In this document: piece by piece, positions 1-8,346 of the stretch
How positions within the stretch are numbered: the first letter of the stretch is position 1
How the letters are laid out: every line of letters starts with the position of its first letter
From: a virus
Lineage: Duplodnaviria; Caudoviricetes
DNA length: 50,639 bases
Virus record (IMG/VR): IMGVR_UViG_3300045999_000972
Location: 1 to 50,639 of that record
Direction: 5' to 3' (one strand)
The notes under the pieces: model-generated
Database searches by the model: none
The model's input: only the letters and a program-made list of their open reading frames with translations
What the model was told of the DNA's origin: nothing
Translations under genes and position numbers: made by a program

Positions 1-259
1 AAAGGAGAGGTGCTTTGCCTTTGACTGGAAACCAGTCGGGCAGTTTGTACTCAAGCCCGTTGCCCTCTTTGGGAAACAGGATACCGAAGTCCTCGACAAG
101 CATGGTCGGCATGTGTCGTTCCACCACTGGCACGTCAAGTTCTTTGGCAACTTGATGCACGATGGTTGTCTTACCGCCACCGGGGCTACCCTCGATACAG
201 AGTGTACGTTGAATGGGGAAGGTGGAACGGATAGTGTCTTTAAGTAGTGAGGCTCGCAT
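1..259 (-). CDS. AAA+ ATPase (MoxR-like), N-terminal part, truncated by window start
   Basis: Manual translation MRASLLKDTIRSTFPIQRTLCIEGSPGGGKTTIVHQVAKEL...; Walker A GSPGGGKT; SD AAAGGA upstream; not in ORF track. Confidence 0.8.
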   Translation of the reverse strand, partial: MRASLLKDTIRSTFPIQRTLCIEGSPGGGKTTIVHQVAKELDVPVVERHMPTMLVEDFGILFPKEGNGLEYKLPDWFPVKGKAPLL

Positions 260-260
260 C

Positions 261-440
261 TTATTGTCCTTTGTAAAGTTTATGGTCAACGCCGTATGTC
301 ACGAAGTACACACCAGTTTCTTGTGTCAACTTACTGCGGTATGTTCGTGCCGATTGCTTGTCAGCGAAGTACATCGGTTGCTTATCTTCATTGCGGACAA
401 GTTGTCCACGGCTATCACGGATTGCGAATAGTCGCTTCAT
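261..440 (-). CDS. Hypothetical protein (59 aa)
   Basis: Manual translation MKRLFAIRDSRGQLVRNEDKQPMYFADKQSARTYRSKLTQETGVYFVTYGVDHKLYKGQ; SD AAGGAG; fills the gap between neighbours. Confidence 0.75.
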   Translation of the reverse strand: MKRLFAIRDSRGQLVRNEDKQPMYFADKQSARTYRSKLTQETGVYFVTYGVDHKLYKGQ

Positions 441-443
441 GGT

Positions 444-677
444 TTACTCCTTAGGGGGAAAGTTGATAAATACACACTCGTTCAAGTGCATCTTGCCTTT
501 GGCATCGGTATAGCTTTCGCCACACCCTGCCATCCACTCGATGGCTAACACTGCCATGAAGGTACAAAAGAGCACCATCACTGCGGCAGTGAACAGCCAT
601 CGAAGGATTCGTTTGATGCTACTCATGACATCAAGTAGGCGGCTAAGCCACCCATGATTAAGCCGTAGAGCATCCAT
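444..677 (-). CDS. Small membrane protein (alternative start at 626)
   Basis: One hydrophobic segment followed by EWMAGCGE; in tandem with the - strand genes. Confidence 0.6.
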   Translation of the reverse strand: MDALRLNHGWLSRLLDVMSSIKRILRWLFTAAVMVLFCTFMAVLAIEWMAGCGESYTDAKGKMHLNECVFINFPPKE

Positions 678-699
678 AAGATGTATCGTTTAAAGCGGT

Positions 700-912
700 T
701 CATGTTGTCCTCTTGGGGTTAAGTTGTTTGAGATGGTTGGGGTCGGTGATAAGCTCATACCCCTGCTTGTTGTTGCAAGCCACTGTAAACTTACGTTGCT
801 TGGCTACTTCCTCACCACACCGCAGGCACGTTGGTCGTGTCATGTTACGGCGCTGAGGTTCTACCCTCACTGCATAGCAGTGTGTACAGATGGGCAAGTG
901 ATAGTCTTCCAT
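700..912 (-). CDS. Zinc-ribbon-like hypothetical protein
   Basis: Two CxxC pairs (CTHC, CLRC); start overlaps the stop of the upstream gene. Confidence 0.7.
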   Translation of the reverse strand: MEDYHLPICTHCYAVRVEPQRRNMTRPTCLRCGEEVAKQRKFTVACNNKQGYELITDPNHLKQLNPKRTT

Positions 913-1280
913 TAAGCCTCCATAGGTTCGGTGGTTAAGATGCGCTCTTTGGCTATGGACTGATAGCCGTTGTTAGCAAGACGTTGCATCCACCGTGTTG
1001 ACAGTAGGATAGGGCGTACACCCATCGGTCTTGCTTGGGTTAGATGCTTAGACGTTGATGGACTGTACTTGTCCTCGTTCTCAAACCACATCCCCTCGGT
1101 GTAGATGTACAAAGGGTGGTGTGTATCGTAAGAGTACACGGTGTAAACTTCATGGTCTGCATCCACCAATGAGTAGATGCCATAGAGGTTACTCCCCTTG
1201 AAGGGTTCACGCTTCTCAACGTAAGGTCTGCATTTGGTGTTGGCTACACGAGGTAAGCCTACAAGGTCTGATTGGTTCAT
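912..1280 (-). CDS. Hypothetical early protein
   Basis: ORF 912..1292 in track; likely ATG at 1280 behind SD GGAGG. Confidence 0.75.
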   Translation of the reverse strand: MNQSDLVGLPRVANTKCRPYVEKREPFKGSNLYGIYSLVDADHEVYTVYSYDTHHPLYIYTEGMWFENEDKYSPSTSKHLTQARPMGVRPILLSTRWMQRLANNGYQSIAKERILTTEPMEA

Positions 1281-1306
1281 ATCATCCTCCAATAAGTTGT
1301 AGAAAG

Positions 1307-1327
1307 GGCAGAGGGGTTACCTCTGCC
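1307..1327 (-). terminator. Intergenic hairpin (terminator or processing site)
   Basis: ggcagagg-ggtta-cctctgcc 8-bp stem just downstream of the 1341..1598 stop. Confidence 0.55.
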
Positions 1328-1340
1328 TTGGTGTGTCAAG

Positions 1341-1598
1341 TTAGAACAACTTGGCTTTAGGTGCATTGGATGTTGCACCTTCTTGCAACACTTCCATACC
1401 TTCCAATGTTTCGCACTTGATGTACAGTGCACCACCTGCTTGTGGTGGGGCTACTACCTTAAAGGTGTTGTTCTTTACACTACCCTTAACGCTCTGTACC
1501 TCAAAGGCAGAAAACGTACCGTTCTCGTTGACCTTCTTGGCTACCACAGTAATGGTGAATGTTACTGGCTTGATGGACTTCTTCACAGTTGCTTGCAT
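1341..1598 (-). CDS. Early protein, paralog A (85 aa, ends KLF)
   Basis: ATG at 1598 with SD AGGAG; clearly similar to 2635..2904. Confidence 0.85.
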   Translation of the reverse strand: MQATVKKSIKPVTFTITVVAKKVNENGTFSAFEVQSVKGSVKNNTFKVVAPPQAGGALYIKCETLEGMEVLQEGATSNAPKAKLF

Positions 1599-1835
1599 TG
1601 TATTACTCCTGAAGTTGATTAAGTTTACATTACATCTTTGACACCACAGCGGTATTGCTGGGGTCAGGACTAGATTGCCACGCTCGGCGAAAAACGCAAA
1701 CACAGGCTGGGCAAGGCTTGGCGGGTGAGTGACCGCTAACTTCGGAGGGTCGGCTGAGTTGTGTAATTTTACAAGGTCATGCCATAATCCATCACCGCGA
1801 GTAACAGATACAAAGACAACTGTCAAATACAAAAC

Positions 1836-2235
1836 TTAGATTGTTAGGAATGTTTAATGAAATCAACAACTTACAGCGGAATAATCTAACTAATCTAAAA
1901 AATCTTGTAAGGTTATGGTGACAACACGCAACAACATGTACCCGCCTTCCTTAACTTTACAGTCTTGACCCTAGATGAAAGGGCGTATGTGTAAATCAGA
2001 TAGATTATTTAGATTATTTAGATTAACTCTACTACTAGATGGCTAAGACCCGCATAAACACTGGCTTCCAACGTGTCAAGTTAAACCTTACAACAATCTA
2101 AATGGGGTAAATGTCTTAGATTGTTCATGGATTAAGCTGTTATGCCCCTATATTACTTTACATTACACGCTAAACTTGTCATGGCTGCACCCCCCGGCGT
2201 ATGGTTTATATATAATATACATAAAATGTAAAGTT
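1836..2235. other. AT-rich non-coding region with iterated AATCTA/TAGATT and an IHF-like site; origin candidate
   Basis: No ORF; 25-bp inverted repeats at 1882-1906 and 2001-2025 (22/25 match); WATCAANNNNTTR match at 1861-1873. Confidence 0.55.
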
Positions 2236-2243
2236 TTAGGTAC

Positions 2244-2266
2244 AAAAAAACCCACCTTTCGGTGGG
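2244..2266 (-). terminator. Rho-independent terminator
   Basis: Minus strand cccacc-GAAA-ggtggg followed by T7. Confidence 0.85.
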
Positions 2267-2273
2267 CTTGGGG

Positions 2274-2369
2274 TTAGAACAGTGCCATTGACAGCCACAA
2301 CAGCACGTAAAGTACTGGTGCAATGATGATGGCGGCTACTTCGGGGTGTTTCTCGCAGAACTTTTCCAT
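2274..2369 (-). CDS. Small membrane peptide (31 aa)
   Basis: MEKFCEKHPEVAAIIIAPVLYVLLWLSMALF; strong RBS AGGAGATATACATG; not in ORF track. Confidence 0.75.
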   Translation of the reverse strand: MEKFCEKHPEVAAIIIAPVLYVLLWLSMALF

Positions 2370-2410
2370 GTATATCTCCTGTAAGGCAGGGGATTTCTCC
2401 CCTGCTTGGT

Positions 2411-2575
2411 TTACTTCATCGTTATCCGTACATCCTGCATCGGGATTCCGTCGTCAATCAACTCTTGTTGGAACTGTAGGGCTTGTTTGTCCCGCTTGAA
2501 CCAGCGAAAGTAGATTGAATCGCCTTCTATCCACTTGACACAGAACTTGTGTAACTCTGCTTTACGTACCTTCAT
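2411..2575 (-). CDS. Hypothetical protein (54 aa)
   Basis: MKVRKAELHKFCVKWIEGDSIYFRWFKRDKQALQFQQELIDDGIPMQDVRITMK; SD GAGGAG; not in ORF track. Confidence 0.75.
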   Translation of the reverse strand: MKVRKAELHKFCVKWIEGDSIYFRWFKRDKQALQFQQELIDDGIPMQDVRITMK

Positions 2576-2604
2576 TGGATTTCTCCTCATGGTTTTAAAA
2601 GAAA

Positions 2605-2627
2605 CCCGACTGCTGTCACCAGTCGGG
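2605..2627 (-). terminator. Intergenic hairpin/terminator
   Basis: cccgactg-N7-cagtcggg stem followed on the minus strand by TTTCTTTT. Confidence 0.6.
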
Positions 2628-2634
2628 CTTGGGG

Positions 2635-2904
2635 TTAGAACAACTTACGCTTTACGGCTGTCGCCTTTGGCTCGTCGTCTGACAGTATCTGCAATCCGTC
2701 TAAGCTCAGGGCTTTCAGGTAGATTGCACCGCCTGCCATTGGGGGTACTGAGGTTTTAAACTCGTTACCCTTGACGCTTTGCTTTACCACTTTGGCGGTT
2801 ATCCCGCTTAGTGTCCCGTTCTCGTTGATACGAGTAGCTGTGATTTCAACCGTCACAGTGACGGGGGCGATTGACCGCTTAGCGGTCGGAGTGCGTTCAC
2901 TCAT
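2635..2904 (-). CDS. Early protein, paralog B (89 aa, ends KLF)
   Basis: ATG at 2904 with SD AGGAG; similar to 1341..1598. Confidence 0.85.
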   Translation of the reverse strand: MSERTPTAKRSIAPVTVTVEITATRINENGTLSGITAKVVKQSVKGNEFKTSVPPMAGGAIYLKALSLDGLQILSDDEPKATAVKRKLF

Positions 2905-2975
2905 GGTATAACTCCTAACAAGGTTAAAGAACATTCCGCTTTCGGCGGGTCGGTGCGAATTGCATCGACAAATTC

Positions 2976-3004
2976 AGATTGCCTAAACTTTACAGAAATG
3001 TCAA
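2976..3004 (-). promoter_or_regulatory. Sigma70-type early promoter
   Basis: TTGACA-N17-CAATCT on the minus strand upstream of the first early gene. Confidence 0.6.
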
Positions 3005-3181
3005 ATACGCCTGAAATCAAGGCTTGGGCGCGGTTCTTTTTTGCTTTGTGGCTTGCTTTGGCTGGAGTCAGACGGGGGGGTACATGGATTGCGTTTTTGC
3101 ACCCCGCCCCTATATAGGTAAACCGCTTAAACCAAGACCCAAAAAAAGGAACGTGTAAAGTTAGCTCAATCGCCAAATCTG

Positions 3182-3212
3182 TTGACACCCAAGTAAGTTG
3201 CTGTGTTATATT
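3182..3212 (+). promoter_or_regulatory. Promoter for terminase genes
   Basis: TTGACA (3182-3187) and extended -10 TGnTATATT (3204-3212); 19-bp spacer. Confidence 0.55.
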
Positions 3213-3218
3213 TCGGAC

Positions 3219-3698
3219 ATGGATACCCTACCACTACACCACACCAAGTGGTCAGATAGGCTGGCGTTCGACATTGCCCTCACACTAGAGGGTAGCGGCG
3301 AGACCTTGCAAGAGGTCATAACACGTCACAAGATAGCCGCATCTGACATTATCAACTTCAACGCCGACCCGGTGTTCTTGAAGAAGGTCGAGCATTATCG
3401 CGGCGAGATTCAAGAGAAGGGCCTGACGTTCAAGCTCAAGGCCCGTGCCCAAGCGGAAGAACTCCTGACAACTTCTTGGATGTTGATTCACGACCCAGCC
3501 GTATCCCCCGCAGTAAAAGCTGACCTGATTAAATCCACGGTCAAGTGGGGTGGCTTAGAGCCGAAGACTGAAGTGGGTACTGAAGGTGGGACTGGTGGAG
3601 TGCGCATCACCATCAACTTGGGGCCAGACCCGAAAGATGCCCGTACGATTGAAGCTGATGTAATTGAGGCCACAGATGTCACTGCCATCGGCGATTGA
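3219..3698 (+). CDS. terS: Putative terminase small subunit
   Basis: Position upstream of TerL, size, helical body and C-terminal GGVRITINLG beta-strand; ATG at 3219. Confidence 0.7.
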   Translation: MDTLPLHHTKWSDRLAFDIALTLEGSGETLQEVITRHKIAASDIINFNADPVFLKKVEHYRGEIQEKGLTFKLKARAQAEELLTTSWMLIHDPAVSPAVKADLIKSTVKWGGLEPKTEVGTEGGTGGVRITINLGPDPKDARTIEADVIEATDVTAIGD

Positions 3699-3882
3699 AT
3701 ACCACTTTACAGAGACGTATGAGGGTATGCGGGCGGCAAGGTTTGCCTCCGCCAGCGAAGCCCACAACATGGAGACCAACCTCAAGTGGCTGAGTCTGTC
3801 GTACAAAACCAAAATCATCAAACACAAACGCAAGGGTAATAGCTACCTTGTGTTGCTAGTGGAGGTACACAGTGGCACTTGA
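3676..3882 (+). CDS. Hypothetical protein
   Basis: Bridges terS and terL with short overlaps; GAGG upstream of ATG 3676. Confidence 0.6.
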   Translation: MSLPSAIEYHFTETYEGMRAARFASASEAHNMETNLKWLSLSYKTKIIKHKRKGNSYLVLLVEVHSGT

Positions 3883-5260
3883 CGTTAACTACACACCGCC
3901 CCCAACGGGTAAGAAATTCATGGCGTCCGACGCCAAGATGCGAGTACTGATGGGGCCAGTCGGCTCGGGTAAGTCGGTCACGTCATCGTTCGAGATTATC
4001 CGCAGGGCCAGTATGCAAGTGCCCAACGCTCAAGGGATACGCCGGACACGGGCGGCGATTGTGCGTGAGACTGCACGGCAGTTGCAGGATACGACCATCA
4101 AAACATTCTTGGACTGGTTTCCACCGGGGCAGTGCGGTCAGTACATGCGCACCACCAAAACTTACTTCTTCAAAGTGGGGGATGTCGAGTGCGAGATTAT
4201 GTTCCGTGCCCTTGACGATGCGGATGACGTAGCCAACTTGAACTCCTTGGAATTGACATTTGCTTGGTTTAACGAGTGCCGAGATATTCACCCCGACATT
4301 GTGGATGCGATGTCTAAGCGTATTGGGCGATTCCCGTCTGCCAAAGACGGTGGCCCAACGTGGCATGGGATGTGGGGCGATACCAACCCACCGACTATGG
4401 ATACGTGGTGGTACTACCAGATGGAAGGGCTTGACCCTAAAGATGGTGTGTCTGCCAACGACAACGGCTGGGATGTGTTCAAGCAACCGTCCGGTCGAAG
4501 CGTGTATGCCGAAAACGTGGAGAACTTACCCGATGGCTACTACGATACCCAAGGTCGCTCGGAAGAATACATCCGTGTCTACATCGACGGCGAGTACGGT
4601 TTGTCGTCTGCTGGTATGCCCGTCTACAAATACTTCAGACCGGACTACCACATGGGCAAGCAAAAGCTCCGCCACATCAACAACGGTGTGCGCCCTATTG
4701 TCATCGGCATGGACTTGGGACTCACCCCCGCCGCAGTCATCGGACAGCAAGACCCCCGAGGTCGGGCGCTGATACTTGGTGAGTGTGTATCGTTTGACAT
4801 GGGTATCCAGCGTTTCGTGCGCACCATGCTCAAGCCCATGATTTATGAGCGGTTCGGTGGTGCACCCATCCTAGTGGTCGTTGACCCTGCGGGTGTGCAG
4901 CGGGCGCAGACTGACGAGCGCAGTGCGGTTGACATCATCAAGGCTGAGGGATTGAAGGTCATCCCTGCCAAGACCAACAACGTGTCAGCCCGACTCAATG
5001 CGGTAGACGACTATCTCATGCGCCAAGTTGACGGCGACCCAGCGTTCTTACTTGACCCCGGGTGCACACAGCTTAAGGCTGCCATGATGGGCGGGTATAG
5101 GTACAAACCCAAGGGTGACGGCGACATCGACAAGAACAAACATTCACACGTAGCTGAAGCGTTGCAGTATCTGATGCTGCACATTGCCTCGGTAGGTGAA
5201 GGACATCACATGCCGCAGCGGCGCGACATTCGCCCTGTTGCATCTGCGGGGTGGACTTGA
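3872..5260 (+). CDS. terL: Terminase large subunit
   Basis: Walker A GPVGSGKS, Walker B-like FAWFNE, DTNPP motif, RNase H-like nuclease IGMDLG and C-terminal SHVAEALQY. Confidence 0.95.
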   Translation: MALDVNYTPPPTGKKFMASDAKMRVLMGPVGSGKSVTSSFEIIRRASMQVPNAQGIRRTRAAIVRETARQLQDTTIKTFLDWFPPGQCGQYMRTTKTYFFKVGDVECEIMFRALDDADDVANLNSLELTFAWFNECRDIHPDIVDAMSKRIGRFPSAKDGGPTWHGMWGDTNPPTMDTWWYYQMEGLDPKDGVSANDNGWDVFKQPSGRSVYAENVENLPDGYYDTQGRSEEYIRVYIDGEYGLSSAGMPVYKYFRPDYHMGKQKLRHINNGVRPIVIGMDLGLTPAAVIGQQDPRGRALILGECVSFDMGIQRFVRTMLKPMIYERFGGAPILVVVDPAGVQRAQTDERSAVDIIKAEGLKVIPAKTNNVSARLNAVDDYLMRQVDGDPAFLLDPGCTQLKAAMMGGYRYKPKGDGDIDKNKHSHVAEALQYLMLHIASVGEGHHMPQRRDIRPVASAGWT

Positions 5261-5313
5261 TATGATGGTGGTACTGCAAGCAGGCAGTTGTCACCTCCCC
5301 TCCAAGGGACTTA

Positions 5314-5345
5314 CCCCCGTCGAGTTCGCTCCGGGGGATTTTTTT
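5314..5345 (+). terminator. Rho-independent terminator after terL
   Basis: cccccg..gag-TTCG-ctc..cggggg followed by a T run. Confidence 0.75.
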
Positions 5346-5348
5346 CGC

Positions 5349-5378
5349 TTGCACTTTATTTTTGAGTATGTGTATACT
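5349..5378 (+). promoter_or_regulatory. Promoter of the structural operon
   Basis: TTGCAC-N18-TATACT. Confidence 0.6.
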
Positions 5379-5431
5379 TCCTGTCATGTGCAACCTACAA
5401 TATGTGGTAGGTTGCGAATCAGGAGGCTGTA

Positions 5432-5623
5432 ATGGCAAAAGTTAAGGTTACGAAGACTTCAAAAATCTTTTCGGACAACGAGAAGATGGACAACAGTGGC
5501 CTTGCTGGTAAGCCTAAGCAGTATGAACCTCTTGAGTGGAAACCACCTGTGATGACTATTAAGGACATCATGGAAGTCCAAGAGTACAAGACAAACAAAC
5601 GCCCTGATACTGAGGAGGACTAA
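5432..5623 (+). CDS. Hypothetical protein (63 aa)
   Basis: SD AGGAGG; abuts the next gene. Confidence 0.8.
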   Translation: MAKVKVTKTSKIFSDNEKMDNSGLAGKPKQYEPLEWKPPVMTIKDIMEVQEYKTNKRPDTEED

Positions 5624-6277
5624 ATGGCAAAAGTTCTATCCTACAGCAACAGTAATCCGAAGATGGGGGCTACGTCTACTCCTGTGAAGGGGTACAAGGA
5701 CGGCGGTATCGTGCGGGAAGGTATAGTCAATGTTAGAGTACCCCCACAAGGTGTTCAAGGTCGTAGTGTTCAGCTTCCACGCCCCGCGACTCCTGCACCT
5801 TCCGCAGCAAAAACAGGTTTAGAGTACGACGCATACGACACCACGATGGAGGAATTTGCGAAAGCTCCTACCGTTGGTTACGGTGAAGCTGCAAAAACTA
5901 CGGCAATGCCTGAGATTGCTAAGCCGACAGATGTGAAGTACTACGGCGAAGAATTTAAAGCTGAAGCTGAAAAGCTCAGCACTGACCGTTGGAACGCATA
6001 CAACCGCCGTATGGCAAATGCTGCGATTCGCACTGGTAACGTGCTTCCCGGTGAAACAAAGTCTGACCCCATCTACACCAAAGTACCTGCACTAACGCAG
6101 AAAGCAGTGCAGATTGCACTACCAAAAGCATCTGAGAAAGCTGCGATACCAAAGCCTTCTCCAACTAGCCTTACAATGGACTCGCTCGTAAAGACCGCGA
6201 CAATGTTGACGCCTAAGAGTACACTGTTGTACGCGAGCGATATGCTCGAATACGCTAAACAACGCAAGAAGAAATAA
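5624..6277 (+). CDS. Hypothetical protein with YKDGG motif
   Basis: SD GAGGAGG; 217-aa ORF before the portal gene. Confidence 0.8.
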   Translation: MAKVLSYSNSNPKMGATSTPVKGYKDGGIVREGIVNVRVPPQGVQGRSVQLPRPATPAPSAAKTGLEYDAYDTTMEEFAKAPTVGYGEAAKTTAMPEIAKPTDVKYYGEEFKAEAEKLSTDRWNAYNRRMANAAIRTGNVLPGETKSDPIYTKVPALTQKAVQIALPKASEKAAIPKPSPTSLTMDSLVKTATMLTPKSTLLYASDMLEYAKQRKKK

Positions 6278-6288
6278 CCGAGGTATCA

Positions 6289-8346
6289 ATGGCTGGCCTA
6301 ACTTTCCTCCGTGTAGTCTCTAACGCTGAACTCGACAAACAAGACGAGGAAGCAGCGGCGCAGGCTTTGCAGGAACGTCAGAACCAACCAATGGTGTTGG
6401 GTCTGTCGCAGCATATTCGTATGTGCTGGGATGTGGCGAAGATTGCCAAGAAGCCTATTGAAGATGAGATGTTGCGTGCGCTACGTCAGCGTAACGGACA
6501 GTATGAGCCTGACAAGTTGCAGCAGATTAAAGCGCAAGGCGGCTCAGAGATTTACATGATGATTACTGAAGTCAAGTGCCGCGCAGCGGAATCTTGGCTA
6601 CGTGACATCTTGCTCGATAGCGGTACTCCACCGTGGGATATTGTGCCCACCCCGATTCCTGATTTGTCTCCCAACGACCGTCGTGAGATTCAAGACATCT
6701 TCGCAAGCGAAGTGTTGACGATGTTGCAAGAGAATCAGAAAGCTCCTACCAAAGAGGAGATGGCACAGATTAAAGAGATGGTCTCGCAAGACTATCGCTT
6801 CAAGATTTTGCAAGACGCACAGAACCGTGCCGACAAAATGAAGTTGAAGATTGAAGACCAGTTTGCCCAAGGTGGTTGGTCTGATTCGTTCAACGACTTC
6901 ATCACTGACCTCGTGACTTTCCCTGCGGCCTTCATCAAAGGCCCGATTGTTCGTCGTCAGCGTACTCTCGGCTGGAAGATGGTTGCAGGTCGTACGACTG
7001 TTGAACCAACTGAGCGTCTCGCTCCTGAGTTTGAGCGTGTTGACCCGTTCCGTATTTATCCTGAGCCGGGCATTACTCGCATTGAAGAAGGTTACTTGTT
7101 CGAGCATCACCCGCTTTCTCGTTCAGACCTGTCAGACCTTATTGGTGTGCCGGGCTATGACGAGGATGCTATTCGTCGTATCTTAGATGAAGGCTCTGGC
7201 CCATCTTGGATTAACGAAGACGTGGAACTCATCAAGAACGAGGAGGAGCGCAAGTTCTACTCGTACATGCGTCCGACCGATGTGTTCGACGCACTTGAGT
7301 TCTGGGGTAAGGTCTCCGGCAAAATGCTTCGTGAGTGGGGTCTGACTGAGGAAGAAGTTCCTGATGAAGCCCAAGAGTATGACGCCAACGTCTGGATGAT
7401 TGGTAACTACGTCATCAAGGCTGTGTTGAACTATGACCCACTGGGTCAGAAGCCTTACTGCAAGACTTCGTTCATCAAGTGCCCCGGCGCTTTCTGGGGT
7501 AAGGGTATCCCTGAAATCATCGAAGACATTCAGAACGTCTGTAACGCAGCGGCTCGTGCTCTCGTGAACAACATGGGTATCGCTTCTGGCCCTCAGGTCG
7601 AAGTGAACCTAGAGCGTATTCCTCCGAACGAGGACATCACACAGATGTCACCTTGGAAGATTTGGCAAGTGACCAACGACCCTGTGGGTTCGAGTGCACC
7701 TGCTGTACGCTTTACACAGCCTGAAGACAATGCCAACACGTTGGTAGCTGTGTACGATAAGTTTGCTCGTCTGGCAGATGACCACTCTGGTATCCCTGCC
7801 TACCTGTACGGCAACACCGATGTGCAAGGCGCAGGCCGCACGTCGTCTGGTCTTTCTATGTTGATGGGTGCTGCTGGTAAAGGCATCCGTCAGGTGGTTG
7901 GTCACATCGACGGTGATGTGATTAAGCCCATTGTCCAACGTCAGTTCGTGTACAACATGCGCTATGACGAGGACGAATCTATCAAGGGCGACGTTCAAGT
8001 CGTGGCCCGTGGCGCAGTTAACTTGGCTGTCAAAGAGACTGTCAACGTGCGCCGCATCGAATTCCTCAACGCAACCGCCAATGAAATCGACATGTCGATT
8101 ATGGGTCGGGATGGCCGCGCCGCGATTCTTCGTGAAGTGGCTAAAGGGTTGCAAATGCCTGTGGACGAACTTATTCCATCTCGGGACAAACTCGCTTATC
8201 AGACCCGCGTAGCAGCGGCTGCGGAGCAAGCTCAAGCACAACAGGCTGCACAGCAGCCCGCTGGAGCAGCACTCCAACCTGATGGAGCACCCAAAGGTGG
8301 AATGGAATCGAATACAGTCATGAATCGTAGTGGAGGTCAGCCGTGA
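6289..8346 (+). CDS. Portal protein
   Basis: 685 aa after the terminase; RVDPFRIYPEP, FWGKGIPE, ARALVNN and GRTSSGLSML motifs typical of podoviral portals. Confidence 0.9.
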   Translation: MAGLTFLRVVSNAELDKQDEEAAAQALQERQNQPMVLGLSQHIRMCWDVAKIAKKPIEDEMLRALRQRNGQYEPDKLQQIKAQGGSEIYMMITEVKCRAAESWLRDILLDSGTPPWDIVPTPIPDLSPNDRREIQDIFASEVLTMLQENQKAPTKEEMAQIKEMVSQDYRFKILQDAQNRADKMKLKIEDQFAQGGWSDSFNDFITDLVTFPAAFIKGPIVRRQRTLGWKMVAGRTTVEPTERLAPEFERVDPFRIYPEPGITRIEEGYLFEHHPLSRSDLSDLIGVPGYDEDAIRRILDEGSGPSWINEDVELIKNEEERKFYSYMRPTDVFDALEFWGKVSGKMLREWGLTEEEVPDEAQEYDANVWMIGNYVIKAVLNYDPLGQKPYCKTSFIKCPGAFWGKGIPEIIEDIQNVCNAAARALVNNMGIASGPQVEVNLERIPPNEDITQMSPWKIWQVTNDPVGSSAPAVRFTQPEDNANTLVAVYDKFARLADDHSGIPAYLYGNTDVQGAGRTSSGLSMLMGAAGKGIRQVVGHIDGDVIKPIVQRQFVYNMRYDEDESIKGDVQVVARGAVNLAVKETVNVRRIEFLNATANEIDMSIMGRDGRAAILREVAKGLQMPVDELIPSRDKLAYQTRVAAAAEQAQAQQAAQQPAGAALQPDGAPKGGMESNTVMNRSGGQP

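Noticed and set aside
1599-1832. N-terminal extension of ORF 1341..1832 given in the track
   Set aside because: Paralog alignment and the AGGAG SD place the start at 1598; the extension covers promoter and leader DNA
2001-2025. Short tandem repeats considered as a CRISPR array
   Set aside because: 9-bp units with no spacers and no cas operon; treated as iterons
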